A stretch of 64,000 nt of DNA from Macrostomum lignano. Its lineage: Eukaryota. Shown here piece after piece: positions 38,501-49,900 of this stretch. The notes below the pieces were generated by a model. The model was not told the origin of the DNA and searched no databases. It saw nothing but the letters and a program-made list of their open reading frames with translations. The first letter of the stretch is position 1; each line of letters opens with the position of its first letter. The stretch lies in assembly GCA_002269645.1 (NCBI GenBank), contig NIVC01000184.1, positions 645,173-709,172 of the forward strand. Reading direction: 5' to 3'. Both the position numbers and the translations under genes were made by a program.

Positions 38501-38635
38501 GGACATGCAGCACATATGGATGGCTTGGGAGCTTTGCAAAATGGAAGTGTTTAAGCCTACAATGCCAGTAGCATGGCCATTGTAAAAAACTCTTGGCATC
38601 AATCGAAGAAGAAAATGACTCTTCACGCTTATCAT
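31368..38635 (-). CDS. NDUFB11: NADH dehydrogenase 1 beta subcomplex subunit 11 (ESSS/NP15.6), 201 aa
   Basis: Exon 2 (31655-31368): DWIPHGYNP..D, a single TM helix (FLFSSITLGFVVFMYFL), W..REAYLELERR..GLPLVD.NL.P.DQI.LP. Exon 1 (38635-38318): basic, hydroxylated presequence-like N-terminus ending KEDFE|GTAATG. The phase-0 join gives KEDFE-DWIPHGY. Confidence 0.85.
34985..36380. repeat. CT-rich low-complexity / (CT)n tract in the NDUFB11 intron
   Basis: About 1.4 kb polypyrimidine on the plus strand. Confidence 0.95.
37559..37959. mobile_element. 401-bp internally deleted copy of the hAT element at 27046
   Basis: Same ends (TAGAGGTCGGACGGGAT / ATCCCGTCTGACCTCTA). Exact 8-bp TSD ACACAGAC (37551-37558, 37960-37967). 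Confidence 0.88.
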
Positions 38636-40924
38636 TGCAACTAAATAATTTAGTTCTAGTCTAGTTATAGATGGTTGCAGTAGAATTGACACTGGGCCCA
38701 GCTAAAGTAAGGTTGATTTGATAGAGAGGCTGGGATATAAAAGTACCTTCCACTTAATTGATAAATATTAGGCTAATAAAATGGTCAACTGCCTAGAAAA
38801 ACGAAAACTATAAATTCAAATTACGATATCAAAGAAAATCCTGATGCTGCAAGTTCTTCGTTTATGCTTGTTAACGCAGCTGGCGCTAAACACTTTCAGA
38901 TGTTTCGAGATACCATAGACTTACTTTAGCTGAGATCTTACGATCTTAGATATTTATATTACTGAAAGTCGTGATTTTGACTGCGTTAAAAACTTAATTG
39001 CAAATTTTTACTGTAATGTAATTTTTTTATTTTAGATTAAGTTACTGCTTTGTATTTTTTAATAGTTCTGTTAGACAGTGTTGTTAAAAAAACTAATTTC
39101 GTGTAATTTTTCAAAAATAAAAAACTTGACTTTTTCGGTTCGGTTCAATCAAACCAGTCCGCTGTATCATCATCATCGTCCTGAGGATTCAGGAATAAAA
39201 TAAATAGGGGCCTATTACCATTGTGTGAGACACGAATAATTGAAGAGAAACGACCTCACATTTTAAATTATGTTGCATTCGTTATGCTTTTCTGTTTTAG
39301 TAGCCATATTTTTGTATCGTATTTCCGACGTGTATTTGTGCCATATTTTATGCTATTAGTTTTTTAATAGTATAGGTTTCCTATTCTAATGTCCTACCTT
39401 AATTAGTTTAATGTTGTTAGGTTAGGGCCTTGTCATACAAAGCAGTCTAGTTGCTCGCTTGCTATTTTATTTATAAGCTTCAAATATCTGGGATGCAGTT
39501 GTTTTGTGTGACTGTCAGTGTCAGTTTGTCTGCTGGCAGATAAAACGACTAGGGCCTAGCCTATTCAGTTATGACCAATGGGGGTGTGTTAATTGTTTGT
39601 TTTTGCATGAATACATGACATATTACATATGACATGGTTAGGCCTAGTTAAATAATTTGTGCTTTGTTGCCAATATTCAAAGCAAAAAAAAATATTGTTT
39701 TATTTATAGGCCTAGTTTTAATGCTGCTTAACATAATTTAGAGAGATATGCTATGTCATTTAGCTTAGATATTAACTATGATTTTAAATTTTAATTTATA
39801 GCTTTCAGTTAAAACTTGGATTTTAAGGTTGTAACTAGGCCTAGGCCTATGATTTTGTAACAAAATTTACTATATATCAATCAAGTTTTTTTACACTTTT
39901 TTACTTTTTTACTACTTATTTGTAATATTATAGGCATAAGCCAGGGCCAAGATTGTATATTGATTGTATACCAGAACAAAAATTGCTTCTATATCTAATA
40001 TATAATCTATAGTCAAGAAGGTGTCCATATGCAGGAATATTCCTGCGTACACTTGGCCATTAGAATCAGTTTCGGTGTACAGATCTTCAGAAAACTGGCG
40101 TATCTGCGTATCTACATAAACACATAACAGAATGACAAAATGGGCGTACCAATTTTACTGGCGGCATCATAACCACTGTCTATGTACGTGGGTCGTCCAC
40201 ATTGTCGAGGCTGCTATTAACTTTCAAGAATGGGCAACTTGTTTGCGTGTAAGCAAGTGCACTGTGACCTTTTTTACAAATCATATTCAATCTCATTTGC
40301 GTTGTATCATATGTCTTTGCTGATTTATGGCCTTTGAAAAAATTAAAGAATAATAAAAAGTAAGCAGACAATGGAAAACTATTTCTAAAGATTGTTATTT
40401 TGCACTTTTATGAAAAAAGAATTGTTTTTTTGTTTCTGTTTTCAATTTTTTTCAAATTGTTGCCTGCAATAAAGTAGTCCATTCTTTCCTAAAATGATAC
40501 GGAAAAAGGACTTCAGCATACAGCGTAATGTTCGAAATGAAGCTTAAAAAAATTGGCGTACATTGGCGGACAGGTTTAATTTTGCCCAGATTTTCCTGCA
40601 TACACTGGACACCTTTCTGACTATGGTATACAATTGTATACCAATATATGTTAACAAACTTTATTGCAAACAAAAATTTGCAAAAATGAAAATTACAAAT
40701 AACGACCAATCCAAGGCCTAAATGCTTGCAAAATTTAAATATATAAAAGAACAATAAATAAAAACTAGTAAATGTTTAACTGAACTATATTATAGAACAA
40801 GCTCATTTTATTCATTTTTGTTTTATTTTTAAATTCTTAGTAAATGAGGTGGCGGTGGAGAAAGTTTTCTTTGGAAATTGTTCAGTTTGAATTTAATTGC
40901 TGACACTACACTTCATTGCACCTT

Positions 40925-41070
40925 GGGGGGTTGGCCCTCAAGGCAGTTAATTGCACAAGCAAAGCCAAGTCAAGATTCCAATTCAGCCCCAAATGAATGT
41001 GATTGCACTTGGAATTGAGCCTGGGTTGCTGGCACACTAGAGCTGCACTAGACTGCTAGGCTACGGCCCC
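40925..41070 (-). mobile_element. tRNA-derived SINE-like element, copy 2 (more diverged)
   Basis: Colinear similarity to 20880-21027 (GGGGTTGGCCCTCAAGG..GATTCCAATTCAGCCCCAAAT..CACTTGGAAT.GAGCCTGGG..GGCTACGG). Confidence 0.65.
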
Positions 41071-41592
41071 TGTCTATACTGTAAAAGTGGTTTTAAATGA
41101 GAGTAAAACAAAAATAATGGGGGGGTCAAGCGTGGAATTATTAGATAGTATGAACCATCTTTATTTCATCTACAAGTGCAATACCTTGATTTCATTTCTG
41201 ATACACAATCCCCTCCAAACAAATTTTCAACTTAGGGGATTGTATTACAAAATTGATTTAAAGCCCAAGTTTTGTTATCCAATCCCTTTCCATACATTTC
41301 CTCCATTTAAATGGTCATATAATGAAGTGAATATAGAGATGTTCCTACTCTTGCCAAGATTCTTGTCAAGGCTTTGTTTGATTGTCTTGTTTTAGTTGAA
41401 CTCCATTTCAAATAGACATCAATTAAAACTGCCTTAATGCAGTGCCCTTGACTCATGGATAACATTTTGTCTAGTTTCTATTCTTTGACTACATCTTTTA
41501 CATGGGGATTGTATAACAAAATTGCCTAGGGATCATGAAATAAAAGAATGCCTTTTAAATTTAGTTTTCTTTTTTTGGAAGAGCCAGAGCTA

Positions 41593-41964
41593 GAGTCTCT
41601 TCACAGCAATTGGTTCTAGAACCAGAATAAATTCGAGTTCTAGAACCAGAACCAGTGTGAAATGAGGAGCTTCAAACCCATTTTATGTTTGATAGTCTTT
41701 ACAATTTAATTTTGTCATTCTTTGACTATGTTTCCTCTCGGATATGACAAAAAGGAATAATTATATAACAATAATAAAAAATTTACGATTTCAAATATAT
41801 TTTACTGTTAAAGTGTAAACATTACAACAGTTCAAGAAAATTTCTCAAACCATATTCTAGAACCAGAACCATGTTCCGGAACTGATTCTGTTTTTCAAAC
41901 CATCAATATGAAGAACATCAAACCAGTTTGGAACTCTTTCAAACCAGTGAAATGAAGAGGCTCC
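41593..41964. mobile_element. Possible small MITE with internal TTCTAGAACCAGAA repeats
   Basis: Imperfect inverted ends GAGTCTCTTCA / TGAAGAGGCTC with flanking TA. TTCTAGAACCAGAA occurs three times inside. Confidence 0.35.
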
Positions 41965-43970
41965 TATTCTATTTGATCAATATTTAGCTACTATAACTAT
42001 GTACATGGAGACTATACCAAATGTAAACTTAATGTAGACTTGCACCCAAATATCTACTATAGGTCCCTTCCCTATTCCACACTCTTAAATGTGTTATATA
42101 GTTTCTGTTATATAATTTATGTTGGAATAATTAATCCTGTGTATAAATTGAAGTTTACATTAAAAAATGAATTTATTCATGATATACATGCTAGAAATTT
42201 TCAGATAGGCATTGCAACAATAAAAGAGCTTTTTTGCATTGCAACAATATATGACCTTCTTGCACAACTTGAATTATGACATTTAGGTCTTATGTATACC
42301 AATAGCTACATTATATGCTAGCTCTGTGGCCCATTTTTCTGCAGATTTTCTTTATGCTAGATACAGAATATCTAGCATACAGATATGCTTTGCTTATCTA
42401 GTAGTGCTTTAATTAAATGGTAGTGCTGCATAATTGAACTATATAATTATATGTTATACTTTATAATTAAATGGTAGTGCTGCATAATTGAACTATATAA
42501 TTATATGTTATACTTTATAATTCATTCTTATATTACCATATAATTATATGGTAGTGCTGCATAATTGATTTGTTTATATATTATACTAGCAATGAAAATT
42601 CAATACAAATAGTTTCAACAAATAAGGTAAATATTTTTAAACAAAGACTAAGGCCTACTTAGTAAAAGTGCTTTTATTATATAAAATTAAGTAATTTTAC
42701 TTTCAAATCATTTTAAGTGTTGCTAAATATTACTATTAAATCAGAATGACTTTGTAAAATTGAATATTATATCTTGTTTAAATTGTGCAGAAATATTTGT
42801 TATAACTATAAGTTTATATAGTTCTATCTATAAGATTGCTTTTTGCAGCTTTTTTTCTATCTATTATAGTTCAAAAGTTACAAATGCTTAAAGTTAAAAA
42901 CCATGATGGGACCCTATTGTGTAATGACCCAAATATGTAATAGTAAATACTAAATTGGTAGGTCTAATATTCACATTGATATTTGCTATAGTATGCTAAT
43001 AAATACTAATACTAATAATACTAATTAAATAAGCCTATAACTATGGATTTTCCATTATTGAAATCAAATATGTATAATATACCTGTCTAAGTGTCTAAGA
43101 ATACAAATATACAAAAGATATATTTTGTTATTGTTGTTGTTTAAGATAAAACATTTATTTCAACTAACAAGGATCTATCTAGAACTATCCCTGTTTTGTC
43201 TTTTGTCACTTATGAAAATTAATAGCTAACCTATGGTAAACTCAATATGGTATGCTTGTATATAATACAAAGGTCTAATATGCACAATAATTGTGTAAAC
43301 TTAGCAATCGCCAATTACTATTAATTGTCTTAATTAGAATAAATAATAGCTACTGCAACTATAAACACAAAGCCTTACCAACATAATTAAAATCAAGTCT
43401 TATTACAACCATGAGAACCCAAATTAAAAGGATTTAGTCCTATTTTAATCAAGGCATCCATCCTACACAAGCAAATGAAGAAGTATCAGTACATGTTTAA
43501 ACAAGTAGCAGTACAATTAACTTAATTAATTGTAGCAAAGCAACTTTAAAAATTAAATTTAGATTAGAATCATTAGAAGTTATGGGTAGTTATGGGAAAT
43601 TAATTAGCTACAGATATAGATTAGGAATACAGATAGGCTACACAAATGGAATTTAGATACTGCTACAGAGAAAGATGGGAAATTTTGGTTACAGTGGAAT
43701 TATTGTAAAAAGTATGCTTCATTTGATATTTCATATAAATTGGGATAAATTGGGATTTCTAGTTACCTTAAAAAAGTCAATATCAATCACTATGTTGTGT
43801 TTGCATTGCCTTACATAGATTTTGATATAAAATATGTTGCAAATTTATTCCTTCATTTTTTAATCTTACAACTTAGCTACTAATTATTATAGATATTCTG
43901 GCATATTCCAGCCAAGTAAACCATATATCAACCCATTTCTGCCATCTCAACCACTAATCAACATTAAGCC

Positions 43971-46900
43971 ATGCCAGTGGACTTTGACATTGGCGCTTTT
44001 ATTGAGAATTGTCGCGGCACAAAACCACCCTATCCATGTCCAGTGCAGGAATGTGGAGCTGTGTACAAAACTTTTCAGGTTTGATTTTCAATTTTGGAAT
44101 GTTTTGCTATGTAACAATAATTTATGTTATATCTGTAATTATTACCTGATTTCAGAACTGCGAGGGTGTGCACAAAACATACAGTAGTACTACAGTAGTA
44201 TTGACCCCAGGGTCAATAATGCTGCATGATGGGTTCCACCTTAAAGCGGCAAATTCATCCGCTAAATATGTGACGCATTGTGGGTGCCTGTGATTGATAA
44301 ATTCCACACATGGAACAGAATCTCAATTTCGCCTCAAGATTAAAGTTATGTCTCAAATGGATGCAGACTGACTCATAGATGTTGGGAGTTCTGTTGCTGA
44401 TGGAGGCGAGTCGAGTAGGTGACAGCAATAGCTCTTTCCTAACTGCTTTCTTAAGTGTTTTCTAGGATCTGTGACTAGCCCCTTAGATTCCGTGGTAGTT
44501 TATGGGCAGAACCACCACCATCACAGAGAAGCAGCTGCAGTCTGCAGCGAGCAGTGACCACTCGCATGTGCTTCTTTAGCAGTAGCCATCTTGTGCGCAG
44601 TTTCTTGTGTTCATTTTCCCACACCAGTGTGCAGTCTATGTATGGAATGCTGGGAAAAAAATTGCAGCGACCACAGGCTGAGGACGACAATTTGACGACA
44701 AATCACCCTGTCGTCGCCATTGGCAGTCGACCAATCAGAGATCGTTGGAAAGCAGGCAACAAAGCGGATTTGGAAGCGCGCATTTGCAAGATACTACTGA
44801 GTTGAACAAATCATACTTATTTTAGTAAATTTATAGTAAATCGACGACAAGGCTGTCGTCTCTATCCTATCGTTGCTTGTCGTCAGTGTCGTCGCTGCAA
44901 AGTTTTTCCTAACGGACGGCATCTTACACTTACACTTTGGAGCATCGAAATGATTGGGGTGCAGAAATTTCTCATGCACAATGCCCAACCCATATGCCTA
45001 GGGCATACGAGGCCACATGGAGAAGTCGCATGGAGGTCCGAGTGCATCTACGACTAGCGATGGCCCCGCTGGTGCGTCCTTTGCCGACTGTTCTGGCGTT
45101 GCAGCAGCATCCGCCTCGGCGGCTTCTGGCTCGCCCGATCGCACTGGCGCCTCTTTGAGCACCAGTGAGCAGCAATTGACTTACGAAGAGTCTCAACGAT
45201 ATGTCACCTTCGAATTGGAGGGCCGAACTGTTCGTTGGCCGATTGAAGAGCCGCTGCATGTTTGTATTGTCACTCAGGAGGATGCGGCCTCCGTGTCTGG
45301 TTGGTAGATTCTTCTCATTGTTCATACTCGCTGATCTGCTCACGTGTCTTATGATCCCATTCTCAAATCCCTATCATGAATAATCCCAGTTATATTCCTC
45401 AGAGTCTTATAATCCCATTCTCAAATCCCCATCATGAATAATCCCAGTTATATTCCTCAGAGTCTTATGATCCCTTTCCTCAAATCCCCATCATGAATGA
45501 TCCCAGTTATATTCCTCAGAGTCTTATGATCCCTTTCTCAAATCCACATCATGAATGATCCCAAATTTATTCCTCAGAGTCTTATCTCAGATCCCTTTCT
45601 CAGATCCCCAGCATGAATGATCCCAGTTATATTCCTCAGAGTCTTATGATCCCTTTCTCAGATCCCCATCATGAATGATCCCAGTTATATTCCTCAGAGG
45701 CTTATGATCCCTTTCTCAAATCCCCATCATGAATGATCCCAGTTATATTCCTCAGAGGCTTATGATCCCTTTCTCAAATCCCCATCATGAATGATCCATG
45801 AGGCTTGAGTTTTAGAACCCAACCCCCAAAAACTCGCAGGCGAACCGGAAGCATCGAATAACACCGCTACAGGATCGCCTTCGCCAAACGATGTAGACTC
45901 TACTTCTCAATATACCACTGGAAAGCCAGGTAAACCAGGTAAGCCAGGCAAGCCAGGTAAAACTGGTAAAGCTGGCAAGGCTGGCCGTCATAATCAGCAG
46001 CAGCAACAGCCGCACAAGCCGAGAGCGCCCCGCGCGAGCTCCGTGGTGCCAGGCCAGCCCGCCAGTCCACCGGGGAAAATTCCTTCGCCTCGATACGAAC
46101 TGGTGGACCCCGCCTATCAGCTGCCTAAGCGGCCCGCCACGCCAGAGTGCTACATCCGGTGTGTGTGCGGCTTTGGCTCTTGCCTATTCTTCACCTGCTC
46201 CTTTGTAGCTTTATAGGTTCCCCTCTTTTTTATCGAGCTGCTTTATCCTGCATCCTCAGTTGCTGGGCCAGCCTCCCAGATCCCCAGTTGCTGGACCAGC
46301 CTCCCACATCCCCAGTTGCTGGGCCAGCCTCCCAGCTCATCAGTTGCTGGGTCAGCCTCCCAGATCATCATCAGCTGCTGGGCCAGCCTCCCAAATCATC
46401 ATCAGTTGCTAGGCCAGCCTCCCAGATCATCAGTTGCTGGGCCAGCCTCCCAAATCATCATCAGTTGCTAGGCCAGCCTCCCAGATCATCAGTTACTGGG
46501 CCAGCCTCCCAGATCATCATCAGTTGCTGAGCCAGCCTCCCAGATCATCATCAGTTGCTGAGCCAGCCTCCCAAATCATCATCAGTTGCTGGGCCAGCCT
46601 CCCAGATCCTCAGTTGCTGGGCCAGCCTCCCAGATCATCATCAGTTGCTGGGCCAGCCTCCCAGATCATCATCAGTTGCTGAGCCAGCCTCCCAGATCCT
46701 AAGTTGCTGAGCATTACAGAGATCCCTTTTCCCGTCTGCCCAGCTACATAGAGAAGAGCGCGGAGGAGCTTGACGAGCTAGTCGAATACGATCTGGACGA
46801 AGAGGACGACCGCTGGCTGGCGGCCATCAATGACACCCGTCGGGAGCGCCTGACCGTTAACAATCGCCAGCCGGCGCCGGTACGCGAGGACGCCATGGAA

Positions 46901-49900
46901 CTGCTGATGGACAGATTCGAAAAGGAGGCGCATTTCCGATCGACTGGCGATCATCGAATGGAAGATGACGACGCTGTCTGCAGCATCTGTCTAGACGGGG
47001 AGTGCTACAATACTAATGCTATACTGTTCTGCGACATGTGCAACTTGGCGGTGCACCAGGAGTGCTACGGCATACCGTACGTGCCCGAGGCCAGCTGGCT
47101 CTGCCGGAGATGCTTGCAATGCCCGAGCGAGTCGCCCCAGTGCATATTGTGCCCTAACCGGGGTGGCGCGTTCAAAATGACTACGGATAATCGTTGGTGC
47201 CACGTGGTGTGCGCTCTGTGGATTCCCGAAGTGATCTTTTCTAATACGGTGAGGATTAATGGCTTTTAATTATTGCAACTTTCCTGATAATTATCCTAAT
47301 CGCATCTGAGATTATCTTAATTGTACTTGGGATTATCCTAATCGTTACCTAGGATTATCCTAATCGTTACCTAGGATTATCCTAATCGTACCTAGTATTA
47401 GCCTTTTCGTGCCTAGCAGCATAATCCCACTCTCCCGCCTTTTCAATCCGATGACAGGTATTCCTAGAGCCGGTTGACAACATCGAGAAGATCCCAGCGG
47501 CCCGCTGGAAGCTGGCCTGCTACATATGCAAGCAGCGCAACGTTGGCGCCTGCATCCAATGCCATAAAACTAATTGCTATACGGCTTTCCACGTCACCTG
47601 CGCTCTACAAGCCGGCCTCTACATGCGCATTGAAGGCGTTCGGGACGGCTCGGCGGCCGATGGTATTCGCAAGACTGCTCTATGCGACGCGCACAGCCCA
47701 TCGGAACCTAAGCCTGGCAATGCTTCGGCTATGTACGCAGCTACCACTGATGAAGAGGATGCTAGTGCCGCTGCTCAGCATCATAAATCGAATGTGAAAC
47801 ACCAGAAGGTAGTTTATTAACGTTTTTTCGGATTTGACAAAAAAGCTGCTTAAATTGAGTTGAAAATCGGGAGGGTATGGCACTAAGAATCTAGAGGGTA
47901 TGGCACTAAGAATCTGGAGGGTATGACACTAAGAATCTGGAGGGTATGGCACTAAGAATCTGGAGGGTATGGCACTAAGAATCTGGAGGGTATGGCACTA
48001 AGAATCTGGAGGGTATGGCACTAAGAATCTCGAGGCTATGGCACTAAGAATCTGGAGGCTATGGCACTAAGAATCTGGAGGCTGTGGAACTAAGAATCTG
48101 GAGGCTGTGGAACTAAGAATCTGGAGGCTGTGGAACTAAGAATCTGGAGGCTATGGCACTAAGAATCTGGAGGCTGTGGAACTAAGAATCTGGAGGCTAT
48201 GGCACTAAGAATCTGGAGGCTGTGGAACTAAGAATCTGGAGGCTATGGCACTAAGAATCTGGAGGCTGTGGAACTAAGAATCTGGATGCTATGGCACTAA
48301 GAATCTGGAGGCTGTGGCACTAAGAATCTGGAGGCTATGACACTAAGAATCTGGATGCTATGGCACTAAGAATCTGGAGGGTATGACACTAAGAATCTCG
48401 AGGCTATGGCACTAAGAATCTGGAGGGTATGACACTAAGAATCTCGAGGCTATGGCACTAAGAATCTGGAGGCTGTGGAACTAAGAATCTGGAGGCTATG
48501 GCACTAAGAATCTGGAGGCTGTGGAACTAAGAATCTGGAGGCTGTGGAACTAAGAATCTGGAGGCTATGGCACTAAGAATCTGGAGGCTGTGGAACTAAG
48601 AATCTGGATGCTATGGCACTAAGAATCTGGAGGGTATATGACACTAAGAATCTCGAGGGTATGACAATGACAGATCCGGAAAGTATGGCACTGATGAGTC
48701 CGGAGGGTATGGCACTGAAAGATCGCTGACACACCCAACCCTACCTCCAATGACCCAGCGCCAGCAGCAGCAAGAGCAGCCCAGCCCAGAAAAAGTGAAA
48801 CGCCAGAAGATGCGACGCGCCAGAAAAATCTTAGCGGAACGTCGCAACGCCGTACCCGGCGTCTCTGTACCAGTGATCTCCAAGGACCGGCTAGCGGCCA
48901 TTGGCGAGCTGCTGCCGGAAATGCCCGACCGAGAGGATTTCCTTCGCCGACTGTACAACTACTGGCGTCTGAAGCGGCAGGCGAGGTCTGGAGTACCTCT
49001 ATTGAAGAGGCTGCAAGCCTGTCGGGCCCGAGATTTTGTTGCCAACGATCGCGAGTTGCAGCAATTGTGCAAGCAATTGAAATTCTGGCAACGATTGAGG
49101 CAGGATTTGGAGAAGGCCAGACTGCTTGCTGAGCTGGTGCGGAAACGGGAGCGAATCAAGCGCGAGCTGGTGCGAGCCAGGGCCGCCATTGCCGAGGTCA
49201 CCCTGACGCCTAGAGTGGCGCTGCTTAAACAGGTAAGTATTAAATTATGCTCGCATGTTGACTAAGTGAGGAATCTAGTTGATAGTCAATTAAAATTTAT
49301 TTATCTCACTTGTTGAAAATGTCAATTCTCATTCTGTACAAAATTTTAACTTAATGATCTCAACCTGTAGTTAACCCCTCTGTTTCATAATCTCACCCTT
49401 TGGATAATCTTATTTCTAAATCTAAATCGGTTCTAAATCGGTAGATAATCACAACCTGTAGATATTTTCACCATGTTGATAATCTCTTCCTGTAGATTAT
49501 CTCACCCTGTAGATTATCTCACCCTGTAGATTATCTCACCCTGTAGATTATCTCACCCTGTAGATTATCTCACCCTGTAGATTATCTCACCCTGTAGATT
49601 ATCTCACCCTGTAGATTATCTCACCCTGTAGATAGCCTCACCCTGTAGATTATCTCACCCTGTAGATAGCCTCACCCTGTAGATTATCTCGCCTTGCAAT
49701 AGATAGCCTCACCCTGTAGATTATCTCACCCTGTAGATTATCTCACCCTGTAGATTATCTCACCCTGTAGATTATCTCACCCTGTAGATTATCTCACCCT
49801 GTAGATAGCCTCACCCTGTAGATTATCTCGCCTTGCAATAGATAGCCTTACCCTGTAGATAGTCTCACCCTATAGATAATCTCGGTTTGATAATCCCAAC

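Noticed and set aside
40040-40330. Possible transposase fragment (YIDSGY on the minus strand)
   Set aside because: One short motif with stops nearby; insufficient.
44475-44690. Myb/SANT-like TE fragment in BRPF1 intron 1 ([13 protein letters not shown])
   Set aside because: Resemblance too weak to call without a profile search.
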